Of a stretch of 64,000 nucleotides of DNA, positions 37,195 through 45,629 are shown piece by piece. The stretch's first letter is position 1. Every line of letters starts with the position of its first letter. Origin of the DNA: a virus (Duplodnaviria; Caudoviricetes); IMG/VR virus record IMGVR_UViG_651324008_000005, positions 2,777-66,776 of that record; one strand, given 5' to 3'. The notes beneath the pieces were generated by a model, which was not told the DNA's origin, made no database searches, and saw only the letters and a program-made list of their open reading frames with translations. The translations under genes and the position numbers were made by a program.

Positions 37195-38093
37195 GCCTCG
37201 GTTTCCTTTGCTTGGCTCGCGACGGCATTGTCGATCGCATCCCTGAGCGATTTGCCGGTCCAAAAATCGTTGCGGACGCGCACTACCCAGTCTCGTGTCG
37301 CATCGTCCTGTGAAATTGAAACGGAAGTATCCGTGCCGTTTTCAACGTAGCCGCAGAGATCACGCAAGGCGTCCAAGCGAACCGTGTCCCCGTGAAGCGG
37401 CTTCGGCTTCTCACCGGCATCCATGTGTTTCGCGGTCGCGCGCTTTTTCCCTTCCGCCTGTGCCTTGTCGATGGCACGCGTCAGATCGCCAGCGGCTTTC
37501 ACACCGTCGCCGCCGTGTTTCTTCAGCGTGGCCATGGCGAGCGTCGCAGCGACCTGACCTGCGGCCACCAGAGTGGTGACGGCAGCCGGCGCGGCCTGCA
37601 GTTCAAGAAGCTCGATGATCCACTGGCGAGCGAGACCGGTCTTCTGCTGGATATCTTTTTCCGTCCACCCGAGATCGATGAGACGCTTGAAGACGCGCGC
37701 CTGTTCGATTGGTGTCAGCGGCTTGCCGGAATTACGCACGATCTGACTGAAAACGCGGTCAGCTTCGCTCGAATACCGATCTTCGGTCTGCACCGGAACG
37801 CTTTTGATTTCGGCTCCGAGGTGCTCGATCGCATACATCGTCGCACCGTGACGGCGATGACCGTCGGAGATGAACGCCTTGCCATCTTCCGTATAGACGG
37901 TGAGTGCCTGCTTGACGCCGACCTGCGAGATAGATTCAGCAAGCGCCAAATCATCCGGGTCTTCTGGATTGAAGTTGACGGTTCGGCAGTTCCAGTCGAC
38001 CTTCACATGCAGGTCGCGCGGGTCCATGCGATAGATGTCGGAGCGGCCGACGGCGAGCGATTTGATGACGCCCTGATTTGATGCAGCGGTCAT
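37191..38093 (-). CDS. ParB/Srx-like domain protein with HTH
   Basis: LAESISQVGVKQAL...ISDGHRR, RNSGKPLTPIEQARVFKRL and an HTH. Start refined to 38093. Confidence 0.85.
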   Translation of the reverse strand: MTAASNQGVIKSLAVGRSDIYRMDPRDLHVKVDWNCRTVNFNPEDPDDLALAESISQVGVKQALTVYTEDGKAFISDGHRRHGATMYAIEHLGAEIKSVPVQTEDRYSSEADRVFSQIVRNSGKPLTPIEQARVFKRLIDLGWTEKDIQQKTGLARQWIIELLELQAAPAAVTTLVAAGQVAATLAMATLKKHGGDGVKAAGDLTRAIDKAQAEGKKRATAKHMDAGEKPKPLHGDTVRLDALRDLCGYVENGTDTSVSISQDDATRDWVVRVRNDFWTGKSLRDAIDNAVASQAKETEA

Positions 38094-38314
38094 TCGGGTT
38101 TCCCTTCGATTTCGCTCAGTGTCCACGACCGGACGCTGGCGAGCGGAAATGAGTGAACTTTGGGGCCGCACAGGAGTGTAAGCACGTTATCCTCGCCGGC
38201 CTGTTTTGCGAGATGGCGGCCGAATGATGAACCGACTTTGAGCTGGTATGTCTCGATCGACCCGTCGATGAACGTGACTTCGACTTGCGACCATCTCTCG
38301 GGATAATCAGTCAT
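38090..38314 (-). CDS. Hypothetical protein
   Basis: 74 aa; coupled; GAGGA RBS. Confidence 0.7.
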   Translation of the reverse strand: MTDYPERWSQVEVTFIDGSIETYQLKVGSSFGRHLAKQAGEDNVLTLLCGPKVHSFPLASVRSWTLSEIEGKPE

Positions 38315-38323
38315 GGAATTTCC

Positions 38324-38602
38324 TCACACGAGCAGGTCGTCGAGATCGACCGGCTTTGGTTTGACAGGCGGAGAGTCGATCAGGTCATCCAGGTCGACGA
38401 TTGGTTTGGCGGAGGGCGGCGCGGTAGCGATCCGCCACGTAGCACCGAAGTGTCTGACACCCCGGCCGTCCTCGACGAGCACATTGGTTTCGCCGTAGTG
38501 CTTGATGACCACACCGTCGATCGGCTCAAGTCCGTAGGCGTTGCGGTATGTTACCTTCGTGCCGACGGGCCAGAATGCGTTGGGGCGATTTTCCGCTGCC
38601 AT
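38324..38602 (-). CDS. SH3-like small protein with two C-terminal VDLDDL motifs
   Basis: WPVGTKVTYR...DGVVIKHYGETNVLVEDG; tail IVDLDDLIDSPPVKPKPVDLDDLLV. Confidence 0.75.
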   Translation of the reverse strand: MAAENRPNAFWPVGTKVTYRNAYGLEPIDGVVIKHYGETNVLVEDGRGVRHFGATWRIATAPPSAKPIVDLDDLIDSPPVKPKPVDLDDLLV

Positions 38603-38697
38603 CACAGCACCCCTATGAGTAAAAGGATCCGCAGCGTGGAAAGCAGAAGGAACCATGCAGCGAGACCGAGGACCGACAAGATGAGAACTGTCCTCAT
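38602..38697 (-). CDS. 31-aa hydrophobic peptide
   Basis: MRTVLILSVLGLAAWFLLLSTLRILLLIGVL; coupled to both neighbours. Confidence 0.6.
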   Translation of the reverse strand: MRTVLILSVLGLAAWFLLLSTLRILLLIGVL

Positions 38698-38936
38698 CGC
38701 GTGTACCTCGACTGCTGATGCGCCCGTAAGCCGGTCTCTTCGACTAAACAGCGAATGGAGCCGTCGACGAAGCGTTCAAGTAGCTCGCCGCGGAACTCGG
38801 ACAGAGGAGTGCCGGGCGCGAGTTCTTCCCGCATCGGGACGGCAGTTTCGTGTATCCACTGGCGGTAAGCGGGGCTGCGTCTGGAAGATATGGTATTATC
38901 TCGAGCACTGCGAGCGATGTCAGCTTCGGTCATCAT
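38694..38936 (-). CDS. Hypothetical protein
   Basis: 80 aa; overlapping start and stop codons with neighbours. Confidence 0.65.
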   Translation of the reverse strand: MMTEADIARSARDNTISSRRSPAYRQWIHETAVPMREELAPGTPLSEFRGELLERFVDGSIRCLVEETGLRAHQQSRYTR

Positions 38937-39427
38937 ACATCACCGCCTTCCGCAATTCTGACCATCTGCCGCCCCATGTCGGTCAAACGGTAACCGGACC
39001 CGCACACCGAACCTTCGTCGGTCATGAGGCCGCGCACGTGTTCGGTGACCCCCTTACGGGCCAATGCTCTGGTGATAGTCCGAGAGGTGTCATCGTTATG
39101 AATGCCGGCTTCGCTCGATATCCATCTGAAGGTCACTGCGAAGTCGGGGTCGAGGGTATAAAGTGCCGTGACGATGTCCTGCTGGCGCTTTGACAGCGAT
39201 GCGAGGTCCGGAATAGGCTCCATATTGCGAAGCAACTCTGGCAACCCTTCGGCTAGCTTGCCGGATTCATGGCGCAGGATCATGCAGAGCGCTTCAAGCT
39301 CGCAAAGCTGGAACTCACCTGACAACCACGCCCTGCCACCCTTGCTCGTGCTGCGACCTTCGTCGGCGCCGTTGGAACGATCATTCCAAACTTCGTAGGC
39401 TTGGGAAATAGTGGCCTTTTTCATCAC
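38933..39427 (-). CDS. Hypothetical protein with C-terminal winged-HTH-like region
   Basis: LSKRQQDIVTAL...ISSEAGI...TITRALARKGV...GYRLTDMGR. Confidence 0.65.
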   Translation of the reverse strand: MMKKATISQAYEVWNDRSNGADEGRSTSKGGRAWLSGEFQLCELEALCMILRHESGKLAEGLPELLRNMEPIPDLASLSKRQQDIVTALYTLDPDFAVTFRWISSEAGIHNDDTSRTITRALARKGVTEHVRGLMTDEGSVCGSGYRLTDMGRQMVRIAEGGDV

Positions 39428-39708
39428 TCTTCTCCCTGATCAAACAGATGGAATACGAGAGCGCCGTTCCGCAGAAGAAGCGTCGAGATGAAGCGAGCGT
39501 CAGCAGGCGCTGGCTGTCCAGTCACCACGGCGTGGATAGTGCGACGGCGTCTGTGTTGACCCGGATCGCATCGATACCAAATCGCAATCTGTCCAGGGAA
39601 CTGAACGTCGGCGCTAAGGATTTCTGAGTGCGCCGGGCAATCGATTTCTACGCGGTCGGCAATATCTTCGAAATTAATCGTGGCTTTGTGGACGGTGAGC
39701 ATTCTCAA
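39424..39708 (-). CDS. Hypothetical phage protein
   Basis: TVHKATI...ILSADVQ...VVTGQP...FISTLLL...LVFHLFD; GGAG RBS. Confidence 0.75.
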   Translation of the reverse strand: MRMLTVHKATINFEDIADRVEIDCPAHSEILSADVQFPGQIAIWYRCDPGQHRRRRTIHAVVTGQPAPADARFISTLLLRNGALVFHLFDQGEE

Positions 39709-39726
39709 TGTCTCCTAAACATAATT

Positions 39727-39781
39727 GCACGATAAAAGTGAAATTCAATCAGGTCAACAGAAATACTCACTAAAAGTGAAA
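39727..39781 (-). promoter_or_regulatory. Two operator-like sites flanking a TTGACC -35-like hexamer (- strand)
   Basis: GCAC-gataaaa-GTGAAA (39727-43) and ACTC-actaaaa-GTGAAA (39765-81). Confidence 0.6.
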
Positions 39782-39782
39782 T

Positions 39783-39985
39783 TTAGTTGCTGGAACTGAT
39801 CCTTTTTGGCTTTCTCACCGGGCACGCTGGCAGTCTTTCGAACTGCGTGTTCCAACCGTAACCGTTCTTCGGATCCGCGATGAATTTCGACATGGTGGAT
39901 TTGGCTGCATAAAGGCTAGGGGCTATCACTTCGAACGTCTTTCGACTGCGACCGACAGCGAACCAAAACTGTTTCTGTGGGCTCA
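39783..39985 (-). CDS. Hypothetical protein
   Basis: MSPQKQFWFAVG...; AGGTG RBS. Confidence 0.5.
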
Positions 39986-40032
39986 TCCGAGACACCTCTT
40001 GACTGTCACATTGAACGTGAACAAAATAAGAA

Positions 40033-40321
40033 CATGAAACACCGTCGCGGCATAAACCTCGTTCCGGATTCCTTTCGCGTGATCTACGAAGGGACGGTGA
40101 GCCGCGACCTGTATCCGACGTTGAATGCATATCCCGAATGGTACGTATTCGGCGGACGATGTTCCCGCTGCGAAAGGGAAGGGTGGCTGGATCACCAGCA
40201 ACTAACCCGACGCTTTGGCACGAACGTCTTTCTCAACCAGTTGCGCCCCAAGTTGCGATGCCTGAAATGCGGTAACAAGGGAAACAATAACTGGATTATT
40301 GGGAAGATGGGCAGGGATTAG
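40033..40321 (+). CDS. Zinc-finger hypothetical protein, antisense to its block
   Basis: GRCSRCEREGWL...LRPKLRCLKCGNK. Confidence 0.65.
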
Positions 40322-40556
40322 TCACCGAATCGGTGACGCGCGCCATCAGCTCGGGCAGAATGATATGCCACATGGTGGCGTCATAGACCGGTTCACCTGG
40401 TGCGAATTGCATCGGCGCCATATGCGACATGTAGAATTTCGCCGTCGCAACCAGATTCTCGTTCGACAACGCGCGCATCTCGCCTCGTTTCCTGCGCGAC
40501 CAATCCTCGTACTGTTGCGCTCGAGCCTGCGCTTCCGGCGTCAGTTTAAAGGTCAT
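40296..40556 (-). CDS. Hypothetical protein
   Basis: MTFKLTPEAQARAQQY...; GGAAG RBS. Confidence 0.6.
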   Translation of the reverse strand: MTFKLTPEAQARAQQYEDWSRRKRGEMRALSNENLVATAKFYMSHMAPMQFAPGEPVYDATMWHIILPELMARVTDSVTNPCPSSQ

Positions 40557-40691
40557 TGAGTGTCTTCCGTTCGAAAGCGTCGGCCAGCAAGGATCCCGCA
40601 AAATAGGGCCAGACGAGTGACTTCCAGAAACCGTGTTTCTCGGCGAAGCCATCAGCGATGCCGGCATAAATGACGCAAAGAACAATTGAGG

Positions 40692-41396
40692 TCATTCCCC
40701 GCTCCTGATGTTTGTGTGTTTGTGGAGGATGCGTTCCTCCTGCTTTGCGGGTGCTGCGGGGTAAATGGCGAACACGATGTCAACCAGTTCACGGACCAGT
40801 TGCTCGTCTGGCTTCCCGTCGAAATGCTTCATTACTTGACCAACGAACCAGCCTCGGAGAACTGGCTTCTTTTCCGCTTCCGCCCACTTAACGGGGTTAT
40901 CAGTTGAGAGTTTTCGGATGCATCGACCGATGTCCGCACCGTCTACCGCCACGTCCTGCACCTGTGCGGAGAAGCCTTGACCGTTCAAAAAGTCTCGAAG
41001 CGCGGTCATCTCGCCAGCGGGAAAGCGTGCTATCCAGTGAACGCTGCCTTCCGGACCATGCTCGCCTTCGCGGCGGTCATCCTCGATTGTGAAGTCAGCT
41101 TCATCGACAACGATGTGCCCGCTCCCATCTTTTCGAACGTGCAAGCATCCGCCTTCAAAAACGAAGGCAGAGCCAGAGCAGTGTTTGGGAACGATAGACG
41201 CCACCGGCTCCGCAGCGGGCAGGGCAGCTTCGAGACGCTGAGCGATGACCTGAGACATACCACCACCGATATTCGAGATGAGAAAAGACGGATCGTCAGG
41301 GATGTCATATAGCTTGATGCGAGCGCCACGCTTCATGAGCTGGATGAGATTTCGGAGATGATCGTCTACTGAGGCCTCTGATACTTGCGCATTCAT
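40692..41396 (-). CDS. Mosaic hypothetical protein with C-terminal GatB/YqeY-like motif
   Basis: KKPVLRGWFVGQVMKHFDGKPDEQLVRELV. Confidence 0.6.
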   Translation of the reverse strand: MNAQVSEASVDDHLRNLIQLMKRGARIKLYDIPDDPSFLISNIGGGMSQVIAQRLEAALPAAEPVASIVPKHCSGSAFVFEGGCLHVRKDGSGHIVVDEADFTIEDDRREGEHGPEGSVHWIARFPAGEMTALRDFLNGQGFSAQVQDVAVDGADIGRCIRKLSTDNPVKWAEAEKKPVLRGWFVGQVMKHFDGKPDEQLVRELVDIVFAIYPAAPAKQEERILHKHTNIRSGE

Positions 41397-41596
41397 CGTT
41401 CCGGTCTCCGCAGATCGGCAAGCGCACGGGTCAGGTCCATGCTTGCCCGTTTGATTGCGCCTTGTTCACGCGGGAAATTGTCCCGCATCAGCGTGCTATA
41501 GCCACAGTCATACGGTTCTGGCGTCGGCAATGCTTCGGCGCGTGCGATGAACCGACGAGCCTCCAAAACAGCAATTTGAAGTTTTTGCCTGTTCAT
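41393..41596 (-). CDS. Hypothetical protein
   Basis: 67 aa; coupled to neighbours. Confidence 0.65.
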   Translation of the reverse strand: MNRQKLQIAVLEARRFIARAEALPTPEPYDCGYSTLMRDNFPREQGAIKRASMDLTRALADLRRPER

Positions 41597-42093
41597 TGCC
41601 CGCTCCGTTTCCAAAGGACGTTGCCTTCCAGGTCTTCGATCGACGTGAGGTGCACATTCAACTTGCCATGGTCCTCGGGCTTACATTTGTCGGTCGGCTG
41701 GATCGGATAGAATCCGCCGTCAACCGTTCTCATGATCCAGACGGTTGGGAGGAGCGAGGCGAGGGGTTCAAAGCGGCCGTCCTCAAACTCCTCGCGCGGA
41801 CGAACCCACAGGGAACCGTCGTCGATCGAGCGGTAGATCGCGACCTCGCGCATGTCAGTAGATGCGCCGGTATCGTATTCAAACCACTTCTCCGCCTGCA
41901 TCTTGCCGACGCCGAGCAGTTCGTATTCTGTGCCGCGTTTCTTGTGGCGATGCGTTGGCGTTGGCGCAGTCGCAGCGCTGTGTTTCATCACCAGTTCGAT
42001 GATGTCGTTGCGATCCACGTCGTGCCGCTTGCCATCGAACCAACCTGCCAGCAGGTCATCCACGTCTTTCGAAATTTCGTCTCTGTTTGTCAT
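41593..42093 (-). CDS. Hypothetical protein with DUF1653-like motif
   Basis: THRHKKRGTEYELLG...VAIYRSIDDGSLWVRPREEFEDGRF. Confidence 0.75.
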   Translation of the reverse strand: MTNRDEISKDVDDLLAGWFDGKRHDVDRNDIIELVMKHSAATAPTPTHRHKKRGTEYELLGVGKMQAEKWFEYDTGASTDMREVAIYRSIDDGSLWVRPREEFEDGRFEPLASLLPTVWIMRTVDGGFYPIQPTDKCKPEDHGKLNVHLTSIEDLEGNVLWKRSGQ

Positions 42094-42322
42094 AGTCCAC
42101 CATGAATCCTGATTGATGTTTCTTGCTGCTCTCGATCGACCACGCCGGCGCCCAAAAGCCGCCCTCGGCCTTCACCAGAACCTTCTTCGGGATCCAGACC
42201 TCGTGGCCGTAATACTGAAAAAGGTAGGCCCGGTGCGTCTCGTGCAGGCACTGGCCGAGCCCGCGATAGCCTGACGGCACCTCGTCGAGTTCGTTCGCCT
42301 TCACCTGTGAATCGGGGATCAT
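42056..42322 (-). CDS. Hypothetical protein
   Basis: 88 aa; GGAGG RBS. Confidence 0.6.
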   Translation of the reverse strand: MIPDSQVKANELDEVPSGYRGLGQCLHETHRAYLFQYYGHEVWIPKKVLVKAEGGFWAPAWSIESSKKHQSGFMVDYDKQRRNFERRG

Positions 42323-42383
42323 TTCAACCTCCGCGAACCTGTTGGGAAACCGGCATCTCTGACCTGCCGGAAACCAAAGAGGC

Positions 42384-42491
42384 TCAGCTTGCTTTCCAGC
42401 GCTCGAAACGACGACCGCCGTAAAAGAGGACGCAACTCCAGCAGAAGCCGAGGATCAGATCGGGAAGATTGTTGAGGATGGCGATAACCAA
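42384..42491 (-). CDS. 35-aa membrane peptide downstream of the TAXI gene
   Basis: TTG start: LVIAILNNLPDLILGFCWSCVLFYGGRRFERWKAS; GGGAG upstream. Confidence 0.45.
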   Translation of the reverse strand: MVIAILNNLPDLILGFCWSCVLFYGGRRFERWKAS

Positions 42492-42493
42492 GG

Positions 42494-43360
42494 TCAGCTC
42501 CCGAAGTTGGAGACGATCCCGCCGCGGGCCTTCATCACCGCGCGGATGAATGTCTTCAGTTCGACCTGGTCTGCGACAGCGTCCTTGTTAACGTAAACCT
42601 TCGCCAGCCACGTCAGTGTCGACTTGCTCGAGAACCAGCCCTGCAGACTCTTCTTGTAGGTGCCACTCGGGATTTCGGCATACGAGTAGAGCGGCTTGCC
42701 CTGCGGATCGACAGCGTCGTCGAAGTCGCGATCGTTGACGCCGACCAGTGACAGGCCGTCGCCGTAGAACTCGTCGGCCGAACGAACCAGCGTGTTACCG
42801 AGTGCTGCCGGCACGAGCATGCAGGTCGTTTGCTCCTTGCTCACCGAGGATAGTGCAATGTCACCGGACTCGTCAGTCTGACGGACCGGAGCATAATCAG
42901 CGTCTTCGGAGATGAAGTTCTGCCAGATGAGCCAAGCGCCCGACCCACGTTCGCCGAGTGCAATCGAATACTTCTTCGCGTCGCTCTCGAGATCACCGAT
43001 GTCGTCGACGCCGGATTTGCTGCCGCAGAGCGCATGCAGATATTCGCGATGCAGATCGGCGACCGGGACGAACTTGGAAGCGTTAGCCGGCTCGGTGCGT
43101 TTGAGGTACGCCAGACCATCGGGCTGCCCGACGAACGCATCGCATTTGCCCTGAAGGCTGAGCTGGATATTGCCCCAGGTGCCGCCCGTGTCCTTGACAA
43201 CGTCAACGATCAGGCCTGCTCCTTTCGCTTCTGCGCGGATCATTTCCCCGGCTGCTGCATAGGGCTGGTCTGCGGCACCTGTGCAAAGTGTGAGAGCCGC
43301 CGCGGGGCTGCTGAACATGCAAGCGAGCGCAAGCGCCGCTCCGATGAAGAGCTTCTTCAT
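42494..43360 (-). CDS. TAXI-type (TRAP) periplasmic solute-binding protein homologue
   Basis: Signal peptide MKKLFIGAALALACMFSSPAAA; CTGAADQPY, DTGGTWGNI, GQPD, LHREYLHALC and IALGERGSGAWLIWQN. Confidence 0.8.
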   Translation of the reverse strand: MKKLFIGAALALACMFSSPAAALTLCTGAADQPYAAAGEMIRAEAKGAGLIVDVVKDTGGTWGNIQLSLQGKCDAFVGQPDGLAYLKRTEPANASKFVPVADLHREYLHALCGSKSGVDDIGDLESDAKKYSIALGERGSGAWLIWQNFISEDADYAPVRQTDESGDIALSSVSKEQTTCMLVPAALGNTLVRSADEFYGDGLSLVGVNDRDFDDAVDPQGKPLYSYAEIPSGTYKKSLQGWFSSKSTLTWLAKVYVNKDAVADQVELKTFIRAVMKARGGIVSNFGS

Positions 43361-43395
43361 GTTGTCTCCTGTTAGGTTGGTGTGTTGAGGGGAGT

Positions 43396-43806
43396 TCATC
43401 GCGTGCTCCGCACTGGACGGAGGTTGCGGCCGACTGCCTCGCGCTTGGCGGGGTAGCTGCGGATGGAATGACGAATGGTCGTATGATCCCGCCCGCCGAG
43501 GTACATGCCGATCTCGACGAGGCTCGACGTGGTTCTACGCACCATCCAGTAGCAGCAGGCCTGCCGCACCAGGACGACATGCTTCTGCATGCGGTCGCTC
43601 GTGATCGTTTCAGCCGAAAGACCGGTACGCTTGCAGAATAGTGCGAGAATCCGTTCCTTGGTCGTCATCAGGCGAGTGGGCTCGACGATGAGCAGTGTCT
43701 TCGGCTTGCTGGCGATGTTGATGACCTTCGGTGCGCCGTAGATGCGCCGACGGACGGCGGCATAGCGCGCCAGTAGTTCCTCCGCTGTCTTGGGTTCAGG
43801 CCTCAT
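43396..43806 (-). CDS. DnaA C-terminal (DnaA-box-binding HTH) domain protein
   Basis: VVLVRQACCYWMVRRTTSSLVEIGMYLGGRDHTTIRHSIR. Confidence 0.88.
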   Translation of the reverse strand: MRPEPKTAEELLARYAAVRRRIYGAPKVINIASKPKTLLIVEPTRLMTTKERILALFCKRTGLSAETITSDRMQKHVVLVRQACCYWMVRRTTSSLVEIGMYLGGRDHTTIRHSIRSYPAKREAVGRNLRPVRSTR

Positions 43807-43976
43807 AGCAGGCCTGCCAAAGAGGCAGCCGAGGCGACGGTCAAGGTGAGGAGTAAAGTCACGGTGCTGCTGATAGCAGCGCTCATGTGCTCAACCGCAC
43901 CACGGTGACGATCGAAAGAGACGGATGCGCGCTGAAAAAATAACCGCGCATCGCGGACATCGTGTTTCAAGCTCAT
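43803..43976 (-). CDS. Small protein with C-terminal TM
   Basis: MSLKHDVRD...TVTLLLTLTVASAASLAGLL. Confidence 0.55.
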   Translation of the reverse strand: MSLKHDVRDARLFFQRASVSFDRHRGAVEHMSAAISSTVTLLLTLTVASAASLAGLL

Positions 43977-44065
43977 CACCGATCCCCTTCGAAGTGGCCG
44001 GCAAGCACGCTGACGAGGAAAGCGGTCAGAGCACTGGTCGCGCAAATGTAAAGAAGCATGCTCAT
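43976..44065 (-). CDS. 29-aa hydrophobic peptide
   Basis: MSMLLYICATSALTAFLVSVLAGHFEGDR after an AGAGGA RBS. Confidence 0.6.
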   Translation of the reverse strand: MSMLLYICATSALTAFLVSVLAGHFEGDR

Positions 44066-44091
44066 TCCGAATTCCTCTTGAAAGTTGAAAG

Positions 44092-44316
44092 TCAGGACGC
44101 GAAGTTGAGCTGACCGGCTGCGAGTTGCCGAGCAATGCGGTCGTTCTGTCTCGTCGATGAATGTGGATACTTCCGTCCGGTGCGTCGGGTTTTCGGGCGG
44201 CGGAAGTCTGCGGTCTGATGCGCAGGGACGATTGGCATACTGCGCGCCAGATCAATTGCAGAGCCCAAGGATGCGAGCAGGGCGGTTGCCGCGGAAAACA
44301 TCGATCGTCTCATCAT
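44092..44316 (-). CDS. Small basic protein
   Basis: MMRRSMFSAATALLASLG...; AAGGAG RBS. Confidence 0.65.
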   Translation of the reverse strand: MMRRSMFSAATALLASLGSAIDLARSMPIVPAHQTADFRRPKTRRTGRKYPHSSTRQNDRIARQLAAGQLNFAS

Positions 44317-44334
44317 AGTCACGTCTCCTTTGAG

Positions 44335-44392
44335 TTTCACGTTTAATGAGCAATATTGCACGAATTAAACGCAAGTCAACTGAGAAGTGAAA
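44335..44392. promoter_or_regulatory. Operator-like pair at the start of the leftward accessory operon
   Basis: TTTCAC-gtttaat-GAGC (44335-51) and TCAA-ctgagaa-GTGAAA (44376-92); TTGACT on the - strand at 44374-79. Confidence 0.6.
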
Positions 44393-44393
44393 T

Positions 44394-44579
44394 TTATTGA
44401 GATTTCTTCGGGATGGTTACCACGGCAGGTAACAGGTCTGCACCTTTTGTCGCATTATCAGCGTCCACGGGATCAAGTATAAGATGTCTAGTGTCGTCCT
44501 CGCGAGATCTGAAATGCGGCCAGTTGCAAACGTTTGCAACTGCGAGCGGCGCAAGCCTGACGCAATCTAAAATCGCCAT
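44394..44579 (-). CDS. Possible small protein
   Basis: 61 aa ORF; AAGGA upstream; contains the 22-bp palindrome. Confidence 0.4.
   Translation of the reverse strand: MAILDCVRLAPLAVANVCNWPHFRSREDDTRHLILDPVDADNATKGADLLPAVVTIPKKSQ
44521..44542. repeat. Perfect 22-bp palindrome
   Basis: CAGTTGCAAACGTTTGCAACTG equals its own reverse complement. Confidence 0.95.
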
Positions 44580-44868
44580 AGTCCTTAGCCAGAAGGGATT
44601 ATCGACGGTATGCAGCGATAATCAATTGTCGGTAATGTGTGGCAGAAACCGCTCAAATCAATTGAAGTTGACGCGATCGTCATTATGTTGATTGACAACG
44701 GAGTGATAGGACGCAAGAACACACGTACACGTAGCGCTGCTACGAAAACTGCCCACAAACGTTTACCTAGAATAAACGTGGAAATAATAAAACAGACACA
44801 ACTGAGCGTGGAACGAGTGCGTTGCAATGACGTTTACCGCCACTTAGCTCAGTGCAACGGAGGTGACA

Positions 44869-45081
44869 ATGTCACGAGTTCAGGCCGTAGTATACGAGAC
44901 ACACGTCAGCGAAGACGAAAATTGCAGAACCGTCATCATGGCGTCGAGTTCTTACGAATCTTCCGCGGTTACCGATTACAACGACGAAGTCACGCACGCT
45001 GATATCGTCGAACTTCACTCTCATGCCGCTTCGAAATTCGGTACGCCGAAGTTTGTAAAGTCGAGCGAAGCTGCTTGGTAA
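44869..45081 (+). CDS. Putative antitoxin / partner of the PemK-like gene
   Basis: GGAGGT RBS; acidic 70-aa ORF ending 10 nt before the toxin-like gene. Confidence 0.55.
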   Translation: MSRVQAVVYETHVSEDENCRTVIMASSSYESSAVTDYNDEVTHADIVELHSHAASKFGTPKFVKSSEAAW

Positions 45082-45091
45082 TTGGTGCTGC

Positions 45092-45520
45092 GTGTCTATT
45101 TTTCGTAAATTCTATAATTTAGACACGCACCCACATCCTCAGCCGTTGGACATCGTCTGGTGCAATTTCCCATATCGAGAAAACCCACGGCGGCCTGGCC
45201 CTAAATCTCGACCGGCTTTGGTGAAACAATGGCACATTGACGAGAACGGTCTCGCATGGATCGACGTCGTTTACGGAACGACGAAGGCAACACCAATGAA
45301 CCGACCGTTCGATCTTCATATTTACAAGTCTCTCGAGATCGATAAGTGCGGGCTTCTTCGGAATACGTGCTTTGTGCTGGAGCGTGTCGCTCGTCTACCG
45401 TGGGCTCCGGACTATTTCTGCGTCCGCAAAGACGATGGAGTCGGTCCAATCGTCGGACGCCTCTCCGAAAACAGAATAAAACGCCTCCGCTATCTTACAA
45501 AGCGTCCGAAGCGAGCCTGA
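45092..45520 (+). CDS. PemK/MazF-like endoribonuclease toxin
   Basis: PQPLDIVWCNFPYRENPRRPGPKSRPALV...VVYGTTK. Confidence 0.75.
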   Translation: MSIFRKFYNLDTHPHPQPLDIVWCNFPYRENPRRPGPKSRPALVKQWHIDENGLAWIDVVYGTTKATPMNRPFDLHIYKSLEIDKCGLLRNTCFVLERVARLPWAPDYFCVRKDDGVGPIVGRLSENRIKRLRYLTKRPKRA

Positions 45521-45629
45521 TAGTCATTTCTCCACGCTCATCTCCAGCGGTATTTTCGTACGACCAGTGTCGGCGTTGATATTTCTCAGAGGCACAGCTA
45601 TCTCTAGTTGTCTTGAGGTGGGGGTGGGT

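Noticed and set aside
44521-44542. Confirmed N15-type telomere site / linear plasmid prophage
   Set aside because: No protelomerase or parA in the window and no extended imperfect symmetry beyond 22 bp; kept only as an open hypothesis.
44585-44868. Type III TA (ToxI-like) RNA repeat array upstream of the toxin; ORFs 44637-45002 and 44585-44827
   Set aside because: No tandem ~35-nt repeats are visible (only a 9-nt ACGTTTACC pair); the long ORFs lack an RBS and overlap the better-supported 44869 gene.
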